From the NCBI GenBank assembly GCA_951828515.1, contig OX639992.1, positions 2,146,217-2,210,216 on the forward strand: a DNA stretch of 64,000 nucleotides, read 5' to 3'. Below, piece after piece: positions 18,791 to 28,290 of this stretch; position 1 is the first letter of the stretch, and each line of letters starts with the position of its first letter. A model generated the notes under the pieces. It was not told where the DNA came from, did not search any database, and saw nothing but the letters and a program-made list of their open reading frames with translations. Position numbers and translations under genes: made by a program. Origin of the DNA: an uncultured Poribacteria bacterium. GTDB taxonomy: Bacteria > Poribacteria > WGA-4E > WGA-3G.

Positions 18791-21010
18791 TTAATCTCGT
18801 GAACGTTTCAATTCACCCCACTGCGTAGTCAGCTTACCTTTAGCGGAAACCAACCCTCTCAGGCGGACTGTCGCTAACGTCTGGCGTTCGCCCCCCAAAG
18901 ATACGTCCTCAATTTGATAGTAGTAGACGACATTCGGCTTCGCCGTGGTGTCTGTCCACGTATAGGTATTCCGTTCAGCGGTCGTGCCTGCTCCAGGAAT
19001 CAACTGGACGTTGATGACCTTGAATTCACCCGTCCTCGTTTGACTTCGCAATATATTGAATCCGGCGTTGTCCACCTCGGACTCGGTCGTCCAATTAATG
19101 GCAACCGTGCCAGTCTCCGTGAGGTCTGGACGGAATTGAGACAGTTGGACGGGAAGTGCCCCGCCTGCCCGGATACTGGGGCTTCCGTGGTCGGTTCTAC
19201 TACCGTACCAAGTTTCAATATTTTTCTGTGATAAGTAGAGGAATGAAGTTTCTGCTGCGCGGACCCACGCATCTCTCAGGGTCCCGTCAAGCGCGATGCC
19301 TTTGTTCGTGTATCTTCGGATCCGTGGGTTATACTCGCGATACTGGCGGATGATCGAGGTTCGGGCTCCATCTTCTGTCCATCCGTTCGGCAATTCCCAT
19401 GTGGGTCGATCGGCAGTCCGGACGCTGCCATCAAGGTTTCCAACTTCATCGACGAGGTTATTTCTCCCATCGACGAGTTTGATGTGGAACCCCTGGGTCG
19501 GATGTAAGAACGCATCTCGCGAGGTGCGCATCCCAAATTCAGCGGCGAGTGCCGGGTAAACCTTGAAGACACGGGTAGCTCCGAAAAGTTGTCCTTTCGC
19601 GTGAGTGGTCCCAGAGTTTCTTCCATCGGCTGAGACGATGAGCACCGACTGCTCTGGAGAGATCGTTTTCACGCGTCCACTATTCTTAAAATTAATTGTT
19701 CCGGACAGGGGTTCGTTGTTTGCGCGCGGATTGTCGTAGTTTTCAATGATTAGTTCCCATCCAGTATCAGCATCTAAGGCGACGGTTTCTGTTTTAGAAG
19801 TATTGGAGAGTTCAATCCACTGGATTTCATTCGCGCCCCCATCCGTAGCGAACATAATTTCGCTAATCGTCACTGTTCCTTGTCTTGGCGTAACGCCTGT
19901 TGGGGTACCGGTTGCAGCGACCCGAAAGGTGTGTGCGGGGGAAGGCGTTGCTGTGTTTTGGACCCCACCTGCGTCTGCGACTGCACCAGTGTTGACCTGC
20001 ACCGTCACAGTCGTAACCCCCGGATTGGGCGTGAGGATTGCGGAGTAGACGTTTGAACCGGGGATCGGGGTTGGTGAAGTGATTGTGCCGCCGGTGACGT
20101 TGATTTCGCTCGCCAGTAGCGTGGTGCCCGCTTGCAGCGGTTCGTTAAAGGCGATCGTCATAGGAAAGGGACCGCCGCCGAGAGAAGGCGCGCCAGCAAT
20201 CGTTGCGACGGGTCCGGTCGTATCTACAGTAAACGTGCCTTTTGGGAAGACATACGCGCCGTTACTTGCCGCTTCCACTGTTATCTCTGCTCTGCCTGGA
20301 AGAGGGACAATTGTTAACGTCCACACTCTTTTGGCAGCGTCAGGGACAATACTATCAAGATATCCGTTGGTGACCTTGAGATCTGCGGACCCCAGTGTAA
20401 TCGATTTTGTTGAGGTTAACGTCACCGTAAAGGGTGTGTCGCCACGAACAAGTTTATCAGGGGTCAACGTGAGCGGGGGTGCCGCACTCCGAATTATTTT
20501 GACTTCTAGTGGAGTAGCCGGAACACTTGGGGTCGCGGCAGTACCGTCTATTACATCCTGTGGGCTAAGAATAGTGTTAGCGGCCGCTGCTGGTATTCGT
20601 ATAATGACCCTATTGACACTACCTCCAGCGGTGATTGTTGTCGTGTACACGCCTGGAACGTCGGAATCAACAGGAGCCACAGCTGCCCCGCGTTGAACAA
20701 ACTGGTCATTTGGATCAAAAGCAAACAACTCAATATCAGTTTCATCAAACCCGGTTACTGGGGTATTCACAGGAGTAGCGGCATTGGGGTCATTTTGAAA
20801 CATGATGGTTAGTTCAAAAGAAACGGATTCAGCTCTGATGCCGTACACTTGGATGCCCAGCGTGTCTGATTCAGTGTCAACATTTGCCACCTCATCTGGG
20901 ACCGATAGGACTGGTGTTACAGCTTCGGTTGCAGGGGTCGCAACGAAAGCCAGTCCAACAACGAGTAGCACCGCAAAAACTAAGATAAATTTCAATTTAT
21001 TAAAGAACAT
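18791..21010 (-). CDS. Large secreted protein with Ig-like repeats, a lamin-tail-like domain and a C-terminal FN3/Ig-like module
   Basis: Signal peptide; VTISEIM...QWIELSN (LTD-like); LPVQLSQF...W.TESEVDNAGFNILRS...Y.YQIEDV; terminal GKLTTQWGELK. Confidence 0.75.
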   Translation of the reverse strand: MFFNKLKFILVFAVLLVVGLAFVATPATEAVTPVLSVPDEVANVDTESDTLGIQVYGIRAESVSFELTIMFQNDPNAATPVNTPVTGFDETDIELFAFDPNDQFVQRGAAVAPVDSDVPGVYTTTITAGGSVNRVIIRIPAAAANTILSPQDVIDGTAATPSVPATPLEVKIIRSAAPPLTLTPDKLVRGDTPFTVTLTSTKSITLGSADLKVTNGYLDSIVPDAAKRVWTLTIVPLPGRAEITVEAASNGAYVFPKGTFTVDTTGPVATIAGAPSLGGGPFPMTIAFNEPLQAGTTLLASEINVTGGTITSPTPIPGSNVYSAILTPNPGVTTVTVQVNTGAVADAGGVQNTATPSPAHTFRVAATGTPTGVTPRQGTVTISEIMFATDGGANEIQWIELSNTSKTETVALDADTGWELIIENYDNPRANNEPLSGTINFKNSGRVKTISPEQSVLIVSADGRNSGTTHAKGQLFGATRVFKVYPALAAEFGMRTSRDAFLHPTQGFHIKLVDGRNNLVDEVGNLDGSVRTADRPTWELPNGWTEDGARTSIIRQYREYNPRIRRYTNKGIALDGTLRDAWVRAAETSFLYLSQKNIETWYGSRTDHGSPSIRAGGALPVQLSQFRPDLTETGTVAINWTTESEVDNAGFNILRSQTRTGEFKVINVQLIPGAGTTAERNTYTWTDTTAKPNVVYYYQIEDVSLGGERQTLATVRLRGLVSAKGKLTTQWGELKRSRD

Positions 21011-21025
21011 TCGTCATTTTCCTCC

Positions 21026-21063
21026 TTCAAGCGAATTCAAGCGAATTCAAGCGAATTCAAGCG
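21026..21063. repeat. 10 bp tandem repeat (TTCAAGCGAA x3.8) next to the RBS of the secreted protein
   Basis: TTCAAGCGAA-TTCAAGCGAA-TTCAAGCGAA-TTCAAGCG read directly. Confidence 0.9.
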
Positions 21064-21462
21064 CAGGAACATGTTTTGGAGTTTTTTCGTCGGGTTGGGT
21101 TTTCAACGCGAATTTTCAAAAATTTCTCTCCTGAAGGGATTAACGTCATTTCGGTTAAGGGCGTTACGAAAAAGTGCGGTGAAAGAAGGATAGTGTGTCA
21201 GGCGGGATGTGGTGTGTATATTGTCTGAATCGCGGATTGGCGCGGATTTTACAGATTTCGCGGATTTTAAGAGTTTTTGGGTCTGAGGCATTGTCGCGGG
21301 TGGGAGGGATGTTATTTGTATTGAAGGATTTTTCAAGGTAGGAAGTTGTGTTGGGTTTCACATGCGTTCAACCTAACCTACAATGAAGCCTGGGCGAGGT
21401 TAGGGGGAAACACCCTATCAAAAACACCTCGCCAGCGGTTGGTGTGCGTTGTTAACTCAGTA

Positions 21463-21993
21463 TTAGAATTGTGCGGGGAAGTTTCCGCGTGCGGCATCCA
21501 TGACTTCGGCTGTGATTTCATCGTGTCCGTTGTCTTTGGCAAAACTTTCAATCCCCATCTTCGCCATCGGACGGACAAACGCCGGAATTCGCTCTAAGCG
21601 TTCGAGTGCCTCCACTGTCCAGACGGGACCGCTCGGCTCGGCAGGCTCAGGCTCTTCCTGAAATGCGTCCGAGATGGCAGAGGTAAAGGGACATTTGCCA
21701 CCTTCAGCGGTTTCACCGGTACTCATTCCTGGGGAAAACTCGTTAGGCATCGCTTCGCTTTTTCCTGTCTCTAACTGTGAACGTACCATCTGCATCGGTT
21801 GCGCAGCTTCGTTGTTACCACCGAGTTTGAGATCCAAGGATTTTAACATCTGGGTCTCCGATGGATTGAGGAACATGGCGATCTCTGTAAAACAGTCAGG
21901 ACATTCAAAAAGTGCTGTCACGGAGCCTTGTTCGGGACGGGTTACGTCCTTAAATTTCATCGCTGTGTCACAGTCTGTACATAAAAATTTCAT
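21463..21993 (-). CDS. Zn-ribbon-like (CxxC...CxxC) protein with C-terminal PCP_red (BchB C-terminal-like) domain
   Basis: CTDC and CPDC; CPF motif; WT.EA.ERL.RIP.FVR.MA...IE..A...G...IT.EVM..AR. Confidence 0.75.
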   Translation of the reverse strand: MKFLCTDCDTAMKFKDVTRPEQGSVTALFECPDCFTEIAMFLNPSETQMLKSLDLKLGGNNEAAQPMQMVRSQLETGKSEAMPNEFSPGMSTGETAEGGKCPFTSAISDAFQEEPEPAEPSGPVWTVEALERLERIPAFVRPMAKMGIESFAKDNGHDEITAEVMDAARGNFPAQF

Positions 21994-22269
21994 TTTTTAA
22001 TTATTCCTTTTTTAATTTTCCTTGCGGAGAAACAGCGGACGTTCCAACTTTGACATGCGTTCCTCAAATCCGCTCTCCAAATGTAAAGCAAAGACAAATT
22101 ATGCCATTTAAGGAGAACCTAATTTCATTACGAGCTACGGGTTTTGAGGCTATCGTAACCTAAATGACCACCTTGTAGCATGGTCTCCTGTTAGGCTGTG
22201 CGTCTTCGGGCACAGGAGGTCAACACTTTCCTACGCTACAAAGAGGTACACTTATTTATCGGCTTGACT

Positions 22270-23154
22270 CTATAGACTTTGAAAAAACGCTTGAACTTTC
22301 TCAGCCACTGCCATGAGTACCTTGCTCGCCGGAGCGTCCGGGTATTCATGAAGATACAAAGTTCCGTCGTCACTGGAACGGGCGAGTTTCGGATCAAAGG
22401 GGACACTGCCCAAAAGATCCTGCTGGAATGCAGTATCCAACGTCTCGTCACTGGAAAAAAGCGGTTCCTTTTCGCCACAGTGTTGACAGACATAGAACGC
22501 CATGTTCTCGACAACACCGATGATTGGGACCTTGAGAACGTCCCTCGCCATTGTTACCGATTTTTTGACGATGAACTGCGAGACCTCAGACGGGATTGTC
22601 ACGACGACGACACCCCCGAGGTCCGGGATCAGTTCTGCCACGTTCGGAAGCCGATCGGTACCGGGAGGCAAATCCAGTAGGAGATAATCCAACGTTCCCC
22701 ATTCCGTATCGCCGATGAATTCTCGGAGCGCGCCAACCTCCATCGCGCTACGCCACGTGAACGCATCCTTCTGGGTGTGCGCATTCCAGATTACCGGGGC
22801 ATCGTCTTCCGCCAAGAGCAAATCCATAGAGATAAGTTTTGTGCCGAGTGCAGTAATCGCAGGCTTGACACCCGCGGGTGTGTATTCCAGCGTAGCATTA
22901 CGCACCCCCATCATCTTGGCAAGTGTCGGTCCGTTGATGTCAGCATCGACGACTCCGACAGTGTTACCCTGCAATGTGAGGGCAGTGGCGAGGTTCGCGG
23001 TGAGCGAACTTTTGCCGACCCCGCCTTTCCCGCTCATAATCGCGACGGTGTGCTTGACTGAAGCGAGTCGTTTCTGGACTCGGTTCGCCTGTGCCTCGAC
23101 TTGCCCGATAATGTTGGAACCGGCATCGCTTGGTAGTTCTTTGTAAGTTTTCAT
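22270..23154 (-). CDS. mrp: Mrp/NBP35 (ApbC) family ATPase, Fe-S cluster carrier
   Basis: SGKGGVGKS, DAD..GP, W..LDYLLLDLPPGT, ENM...CQHC. Confidence 0.88.
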   Translation of the reverse strand: MKTYKELPSDAGSNIIGQVEAQANRVQKRLASVKHTVAIMSGKGGVGKSSLTANLATALTLQGNTVGVVDADINGPTLAKMMGVRNATLEYTPAGVKPAITALGTKLISMDLLLAEDDAPVIWNAHTQKDAFTWRSAMEVGALREFIGDTEWGTLDYLLLDLPPGTDRLPNVAELIPDLGGVVVVTIPSEVSQFIVKKSVTMARDVLKVPIIGVVENMAFYVCQHCGEKEPLFSSDETLDTAFQQDLLGSVPFDPKLARSSDDGTLYLHEYPDAPASKVLMAVAEKVQAFFQSL

Positions 23155-23282
23155 TTATGATAGATTTTAGAATTACTTATACATTGTGACCGGTGAGCGG
23201 GCAACCACGAGGGTTGCCCCTACAGAGAACACGCGTTACGCAAACTATTCAAATAGAGATGATATTACTCGCTTGCACCAGA

Positions 23283-24551
23283 TTAAAAACCACCGATGGC
23301 ATAGAGTGCCTGATAACTGCGCAGATAGAGCGTCCCATTTACGAGAACAGGAGATGCGGCGATGACCTCGCCCATCGAGTTGCTGGCAACGATTTCAAAT
23401 TCACGTCCCGCCTTTACAACGGTGATAACACCATCGCGAGATGTGAGATAAACAAATCCGTCCGCATAGATCGGTGAGGCGCGATGTCGGTGGCGATGTG
23501 TCCGTTCACGATAGAGTTGTTCGCCAGTCTCGGCATCAAGACATATCAGATCCCCGTTTTCTCGACAGAGATAAACTAAACCGTCATGAATAAGCGGGGA
23601 AGGTACATCTGGCGTGCCTTGTCGAAGCTTCCAACGTTGCCACTCGCTGTTTGTAATATCACCCTGTGCCGCCGGATCAATGCCAACAACAGGCCCATTT
23701 TTCGCTGAGGGGACAACGATGAGCCCCTCCATGGCAACCGGAGAAGCGACGAACCGCAGACTGTAGTTATAACGTTCTTTCGGGTTCAGGTCACCACACC
23801 GCCAGATTTCACTGCCATCTTCAAGACTGTGAGCCGTAACATAGTCTGCGCCGTGTACGACGAGATATTCACGTTCTGAATCACGGTAGAGAATGGGAGA
23901 GGTATAAGCGTGTTCACACTCCTCAGTTGCGTCGCTGTCGCGCTTATGCTTCCAGATCTCTTCCCCCGTCATTTTGTCGAGTGCCAGCACAAGCCATGCG
24001 TTGCTGTGGATGAGTTGGATGTAAAGCCGATCCTTATCCAGCAGCGGGGTTGTTGACATGACGAAATAGAGATTAAACCTACCGTAACGGTCGGCGAGAT
24101 TGGTGTGCCACACCTGATTCCCATCGAAATCGTAGCAGGCGAGATCCCCAGTGCCGAGGAACGCCCAGACGTGTTCGCCATCGGTTACGGGAGAGGGAGC
24201 GGCAGAATTGCCTTCGCCGCCGCGGACGACGCGGTTGCCACGTCCTAAAGTCCGCTTCCAGAGTTCTTTGCCTTCGGTACTGATACACATCAAAACAAGT
24301 GTATTGCCTTCAGCAGAGGTAAGGAAAATTTTATCTTCCCAGACAATAGGGGTAGAGGCGGCATCACCTGGGAGCGGCAAACGCCATCGGATATTCTCGG
24401 TTTGGCTCCATTGGATAGGCGCGTCGGTCTCTTGGCTGACACCGTCGTTGTTCGGTCCGCGCCACTGGTGCCAGTTGCCAGCAAAACCATTCGCGACCAG
24501 GATAAACACCCCGAGTAGGAGTGTTAGTGTATTTCGTAAAACATTTCGCAT
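23283..24551 (-). CDS. Secreted PQQ-binding-like beta-propeller protein
   Basis: Signal peptide then NW.QWRGP; repeated SP/TP...D..TG..W blades; C-terminal LYLRS..ALYAIG. Confidence 0.85.
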   Translation of the reverse strand: MRNVLRNTLTLLLGVFILVANGFAGNWHQWRGPNNDGVSQETDAPIQWSQTENIRWRLPLPGDAASTPIVWEDKIFLTSAEGNTLVLMCISTEGKELWKRTLGRGNRVVRGGEGNSAAPSPVTDGEHVWAFLGTGDLACYDFDGNQVWHTNLADRYGRFNLYFVMSTTPLLDKDRLYIQLIHSNAWLVLALDKMTGEEIWKHKRDSDATEECEHAYTSPILYRDSEREYLVVHGADYVTAHSLEDGSEIWRCGDLNPKERYNYSLRFVASPVAMEGLIVVPSAKNGPVVGIDPAAQGDITNSEWQRWKLRQGTPDVPSPLIHDGLVYLCRENGDLICLDAETGEQLYRERTHRHRHRASPIYADGFVYLTSRDGVITVVKAGREFEIVASNSMGEVIAASPVLVNGTLYLRSYQALYAIGGF

Positions 24552-24617
24552 GATGAGCCTCCGCCTTTCAGCACACTTTATTGAGAGTCTATCCCCTCAC
24601 ACGGCATATATAACAAC

Positions 24618-24737
24618 AGAACTTACGCAAAGTGGATAAAAAAGCGATAGATTTCACCGGAAAAGGCGTTATCTCAGTAACCTAACCCTCTAAATCCCCC
24701 TTATCAGGGGGACTTTAAGAAGAACTGCGTAAGTCCT
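24618..24737. mobile_element. Short MITE-like element with 12 bp terminal inverted repeats
   Basis: AGAACTTACGCA ... TGCGTAAGTCCT (11/12 match) with internal hairpin TCCCCC-TTATCA-GGGGGA; a similar right end occurs near 63906. Confidence 0.55.
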
Positions 24738-24743
24738 AAACAA

Positions 24744-25208
24744 TTAACGCTTTTCGTCTGTCCACACGCCTCTATCAGGACCATTCCACTGATAAGGCAC
24801 TATTTTTGATAAACTCCCCACGTTGTATTCCAGGAACTCATGTCCAGCCTCTATAACATAACCTTCGTTTGTAAAAATGGGGAATTCCAGATCGGAGAGG
24901 GAAGTAAAAGGTTCAATTTCCAGCGATATGTCGAGCTGACCTTCCACCGTTTTATAGATAAGATCCGCGGAATGGCTTTCGTGCTTGAGGATCATGATTA
25001 CACCGGACTGTTGAACCTTTCCATTAGACGAACAGACCTTCAAGCCGATAACAAGATCCGCTGGTGGCGGAGGAGTCGATTGCACCTTAAACCATAAACT
25101 CTGGACGGTGCCTTCCGCTGACCCTTCATTCGGACCAAGAATTTGGAACGTGACCGTTGGAATATCAGACATACACCTACTCCTACGTTTTAACCAGTTG
25201 ATCAACAA
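24744..25208 (-). CDS. Hypothetical protein
   Basis: 154 aa ORF with AGGAG upstream of an internal ATG (MSDIP); no recognisable motif. Confidence 0.45.
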   Translation of the reverse strand: MLINWLKRRSRCMSDIPTVTFQILGPNEGSAEGTVQSLWFKVQSTPPPPADLVIGLKVCSSNGKVQQSGVIMILKHESHSADLIYKTVEGQLDISLEIEPFTSLSDLEFPIFTNEGYVIEAGHEFLEYNVGSLSKIVPYQWNGPDRGVWTDEKR

Positions 25209-25215
25209 TTGCGGT

Positions 25216-25558
25216 TTATCTAAACATCAATTCTAAAGGCATCTGTGTTGCTCGTTCTTTTTCGGTTGGCTTGTGAATAGGTTTCCCTAACGGACGAAGT
25301 GGCAATTCTCCTTGTGCAAATTTCTGTATTCTTTCACGAGTGCTTCTCGTATTTTTTCCCTATGTTGTATGGGGGAGATGTGATGACTAAATCCACTGAA
25401 TTTGATGGAATGCTTTTGAGTAGGTTGTTACAATCTCCTTCAAAGAGCGTAACATCCACATCCGTGTTATAGGTATCTGAAATCTCAATCTGACGTGGCG
25501 TGTTGAAAATACCCGTCTCAACTTCAACTGTCTCAACGCGAGAATCTTGGGATGCCAT
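25216..25558 (-). pseudogene. Internally deleted beta-class N4/N6 DNA methyltransferase
   Basis: N-terminus with GDC...SVDLVITSPPYN stops at 25334; another frame continues RERIQKFAQGELPLRPLGKPIHKPT..., resembling an MTase C-terminal tail; SAM-binding motif absent. Confidence 0.75.
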
Positions 25559-25695
25559 GTCAATCTCCTAAGAATGTATCAATTGACAAAAGTCACCTAC
25601 AATAGCGTAGGATTACTTATATTCTATAAATTTCTGTAACTTTTGTCCACCACTATAAGATACGGAGCCATTCAGTTGTCGGTTTTGTGCCAGTG

Positions 25696-25754
25696 TCGCG
25701 ATTCGGAGATCGCTCCTACCGCGAAAAGTCGGGAATCGGAGTTCCCTCCTACAG
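25696..25754. repeat. GTAG-type REP pair (representative of the GTCGGGAATCGGAGTTCCCTCCTAC family)
   Basis: Related copies near 2727, 23198, 25696, 25728, 28902, 39225, 39254, 54348 and 54379; hairpin ending in CCTAC (GTAGG on the other strand). Confidence 0.8.
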
Positions 25755-25800
25755 GAGAACTGAATGTAAGGAATCTTGATACTTTAGCATGGAGAGGATA

Positions 25801-27705
25801 TCAATCCTGATCTGGCTGTTGATAATACTGCCCAAGCACCTCATTGGCGAGACTTCTGCCGTCCTCAATGACGCGTGCGGCAAAATCAAGCGTAACTTGG
25901 GGAACGTCGTTCTCTTGCGCTCGCTGTTCAATCCGAGTTTGCGTGATATTCCGCATAAACCCAGCAGGCACCAAGTTCAAGCGTTCGAGTGCCTCCTCAG
26001 TCCACTGCACCGGACTCTCAAAGCCCTGTACGACTTCAGCACTCTGAGCGTCGCTCTGTGTCTGCACAGCTCTGAGTTCGGGAGCATCTTCACGGACAGC
26101 CGCCGCTTCACCCATACTGTCGTCAATAATCTCGGTTGCGAAAGTGTTTGTGATAGTGGCAATCTTTTGAGAACGTGCGGACTTCTCAATACGCGCTTTG
26201 ACGTTCCGGCGCATATAACCGCGTGGCACACGCCGCAGTGCCTTTTTCGACTGTTCCGACCACTGGAGTCGCACGCCGTCAAACGTCTCTTCTTCGGCAG
26301 TGCCGCCTTCGTCTACAGCCACATGCTGCAGTGCCCCCTTGTCAACCCTCTGAAAACGCTCCGGTGGTGAACTACAGACGGGACATTTCACGGGTTGTTG
26401 GTTGTGCGCAGCGTAACCACATTCTCCACAGATGTAGGTTTGGACGGCATCCGATTCCAACACTTTCTGTTCGGCGATTTCCTTGGCGACACGCGTCAAT
26501 TGCTCAGAGGCACGTTGTGGCATAATCGCTTCCATCGCCATGTCAATGACGCTTTCGGTAATTACGGAATGCCCACGTTCTATAGCAAACCGATGGACGG
26601 CTGTCTTGGCGATGCCACGGACGAGTGGTGGTGCTTTCTCCATCCTATCCAACGCTTCCTGCGTCCAGACGAGCGTCTCCTCCGCTTTCACATCGATTTG
26701 TGGGAAATAACGCTGACTCGATAAGAGAACGTTGCAAGGTGCCAAACGCAACAGATTTTCGGCAGTGCTACCGATGTCCATATCCTGTTCACTGTGGACT
26801 CCGATTCTGCCTAAAACGAGGAGCCAAGGATTTGTTTTTCGTGCGTATTGTAGGATTTTTTCGTAGGATTTTCCATCAAGTAGGGTAATTTTTAGAGCGT
26901 AGTCGTGTTCCTCTTTTGCGATAGAGCGCGCAACCTCCAAGTGCGACTGATAGATTTTTGCCAACCCTGTATCAATCACCTCTTCGTGGAGTTGCTCCTG
27001 CTCTTTAAACCTGAAAGTCCGTGCGGCGCGTTCCGTGAGTACATTCACAACGGAATTGAAGACGATGTAGTGTAGATACGGATCATAGACGCCAACGGCT
27101 TCGACCTGTTTATTGAACTTATGTCCGAGTTGTATCGCGGTTTTCAAGCCTGAGAAAGATTCCGGACTTCCATCAATTCCGACGAGGATATTTCCTTCGC
27201 TCTCTTCAATCGATTCAAGGTCCCGGACAACAAGCGTATCGGTATTAATACGGCGAACGACGCGTTCACAGACCCCACCGATGAGGCTATCCTTGACGGC
27301 ACCCATACCGAGTGCTCCCATAATCACGAGATCGTAATCGCCTTCCTGAATGTCCTCAACAAGTTTTATGAAATGTTTGCCTTCCGGCATTCTCGGTTCA
27401 AACGGAATCCCAAATTCAGTGCATTTCTGCTGCATCACCTCAAGATAGGAATCCGAGATGAGTTGGAGCCCCATCGTAATGAGCGTATCGTGGATACGAC
27501 GCTGCTTTTCAAGTTCGACCTCGTCTTGGTACTCCTCCGGGAGGGTGTACTCCATCTGCTTAAAGCGAACATCGTGCATTTTTGCGGCGTAAACGTGTGA
27601 ACCTACCAACTGGGACCCGAACTTCCTCGCGAACGCAACTGATAGAGCGATACTCGCGTCCGAGTAGTCGGAATTGTCAACGGGTACGTATATTTTTTTC
27701 ATCAT
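25801..27705 (-). CDS. Universal stress protein fusion: 2 USP domains, a rubredoxin-like domain and 3 PCP_red-like domains
   Basis: IYVPVD.S / ILVGIDGS USP starts, G..G.G....GGV and GS.AE motifs; CGECGY...CPVC; three W..EA..R....P..(F/Y)MR-type repeats. Confidence 0.85.
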   Translation of the reverse strand: MMKKIYVPVDNSDYSDASIALSVAFARKFGSQLVGSHVYAAKMHDVRFKQMEYTLPEEYQDEVELEKQRRIHDTLITMGLQLISDSYLEVMQQKCTEFGIPFEPRMPEGKHFIKLVEDIQEGDYDLVIMGALGMGAVKDSLIGGVCERVVRRINTDTLVVRDLESIEESEGNILVGIDGSPESFSGLKTAIQLGHKFNKQVEAVGVYDPYLHYIVFNSVVNVLTERAARTFRFKEQEQLHEEVIDTGLAKIYQSHLEVARSIAKEEHDYALKITLLDGKSYEKILQYARKTNPWLLVLGRIGVHSEQDMDIGSTAENLLRLAPCNVLLSSQRYFPQIDVKAEETLVWTQEALDRMEKAPPLVRGIAKTAVHRFAIERGHSVITESVIDMAMEAIMPQRASEQLTRVAKEIAEQKVLESDAVQTYICGECGYAAHNQQPVKCPVCSSPPERFQRVDKGALQHVAVDEGGTAEEETFDGVRLQWSEQSKKALRRVPRGYMRRNVKARIEKSARSQKIATITNTFATEIIDDSMGEAAAVREDAPELRAVQTQSDAQSAEVVQGFESPVQWTEEALERLNLVPAGFMRNITQTRIEQRAQENDVPQVTLDFAARVIEDGRSLANEVLGQYYQQPDQD

Positions 27706-27892
27706 TTTTTTAATTTTCCTTGCGGATTTTTAATTTTACCTTGCGGAGAAACAACGTACGTTTCGACTTTTAGGTGCGCTTCTTATATCCGCCCTCCAAA
27801 TGTAGAGCAAAGACAAATTATGCCATTTAAGGCATAATTTCATTACGGGCTATGGTTTCGGTCTTTCGGGTTAGGGAACTCAACTGCCATCT

Positions 27893-28168
27893 CTACAGTT
27901 TATCCTGTTCACTTGGTTTGTAACGAGCCCCCAAAAAGCCACCAAGGATATGGGCAATCAACGTTGCGGGCCATAGGTAAATCATCGCAGTTTGCCATGC
28001 CCAGTGGAGAACAAAACGCCGTACAACGATGTTAATAACGATCGGTATGTAGAGGCATCTGCTCCACGGACGACTGAATCTCTTAAACCTGCTACGGTAA
28101 AATCCGAACGTGAAATGAACCACAAAAGCCGCCACCGAAATTAACAAACTTGGTACATCGTTTATCAT
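27893..28168 (-). CDS. Small membrane protein
   Basis: 91 aa, 2-3 hydrophobic segments, AGAGG RBS, co-oriented in the operon. Confidence 0.6.
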   Translation of the reverse strand: MINDVPSLLISVAAFVVHFTFGFYRSRFKRFSRPWSRCLYIPIVINIVVRRFVLHWAWQTAMIYLWPATLIAHILGGFLGARYKPSEQDKL

Positions 28169-28290
28169 TGCCTCTAAACAAACCGACTTGACCAGAGCGT
28201 GTAGTCCGATGTGTAAGATCGGACGGGGTTACGTAGAGAAAATCCAATTCAAACTAAACCTAACCGAACGCACGGCGAATAATTAAAAAA

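Noticed and set aside
20079..20696. Long antisense ORFs opposite real genes (also 613-1101, 25789-26370, 34670-35281)
   Set aside because: Shadow frames of well-supported minus-strand genes with no independent motifs
21463..27705. Photosynthesis / protochlorophyllide reductase genes
   Set aside because: Only the small C-terminal PCP_red-like domain occurs; no BchN/B/L catalytic subunits
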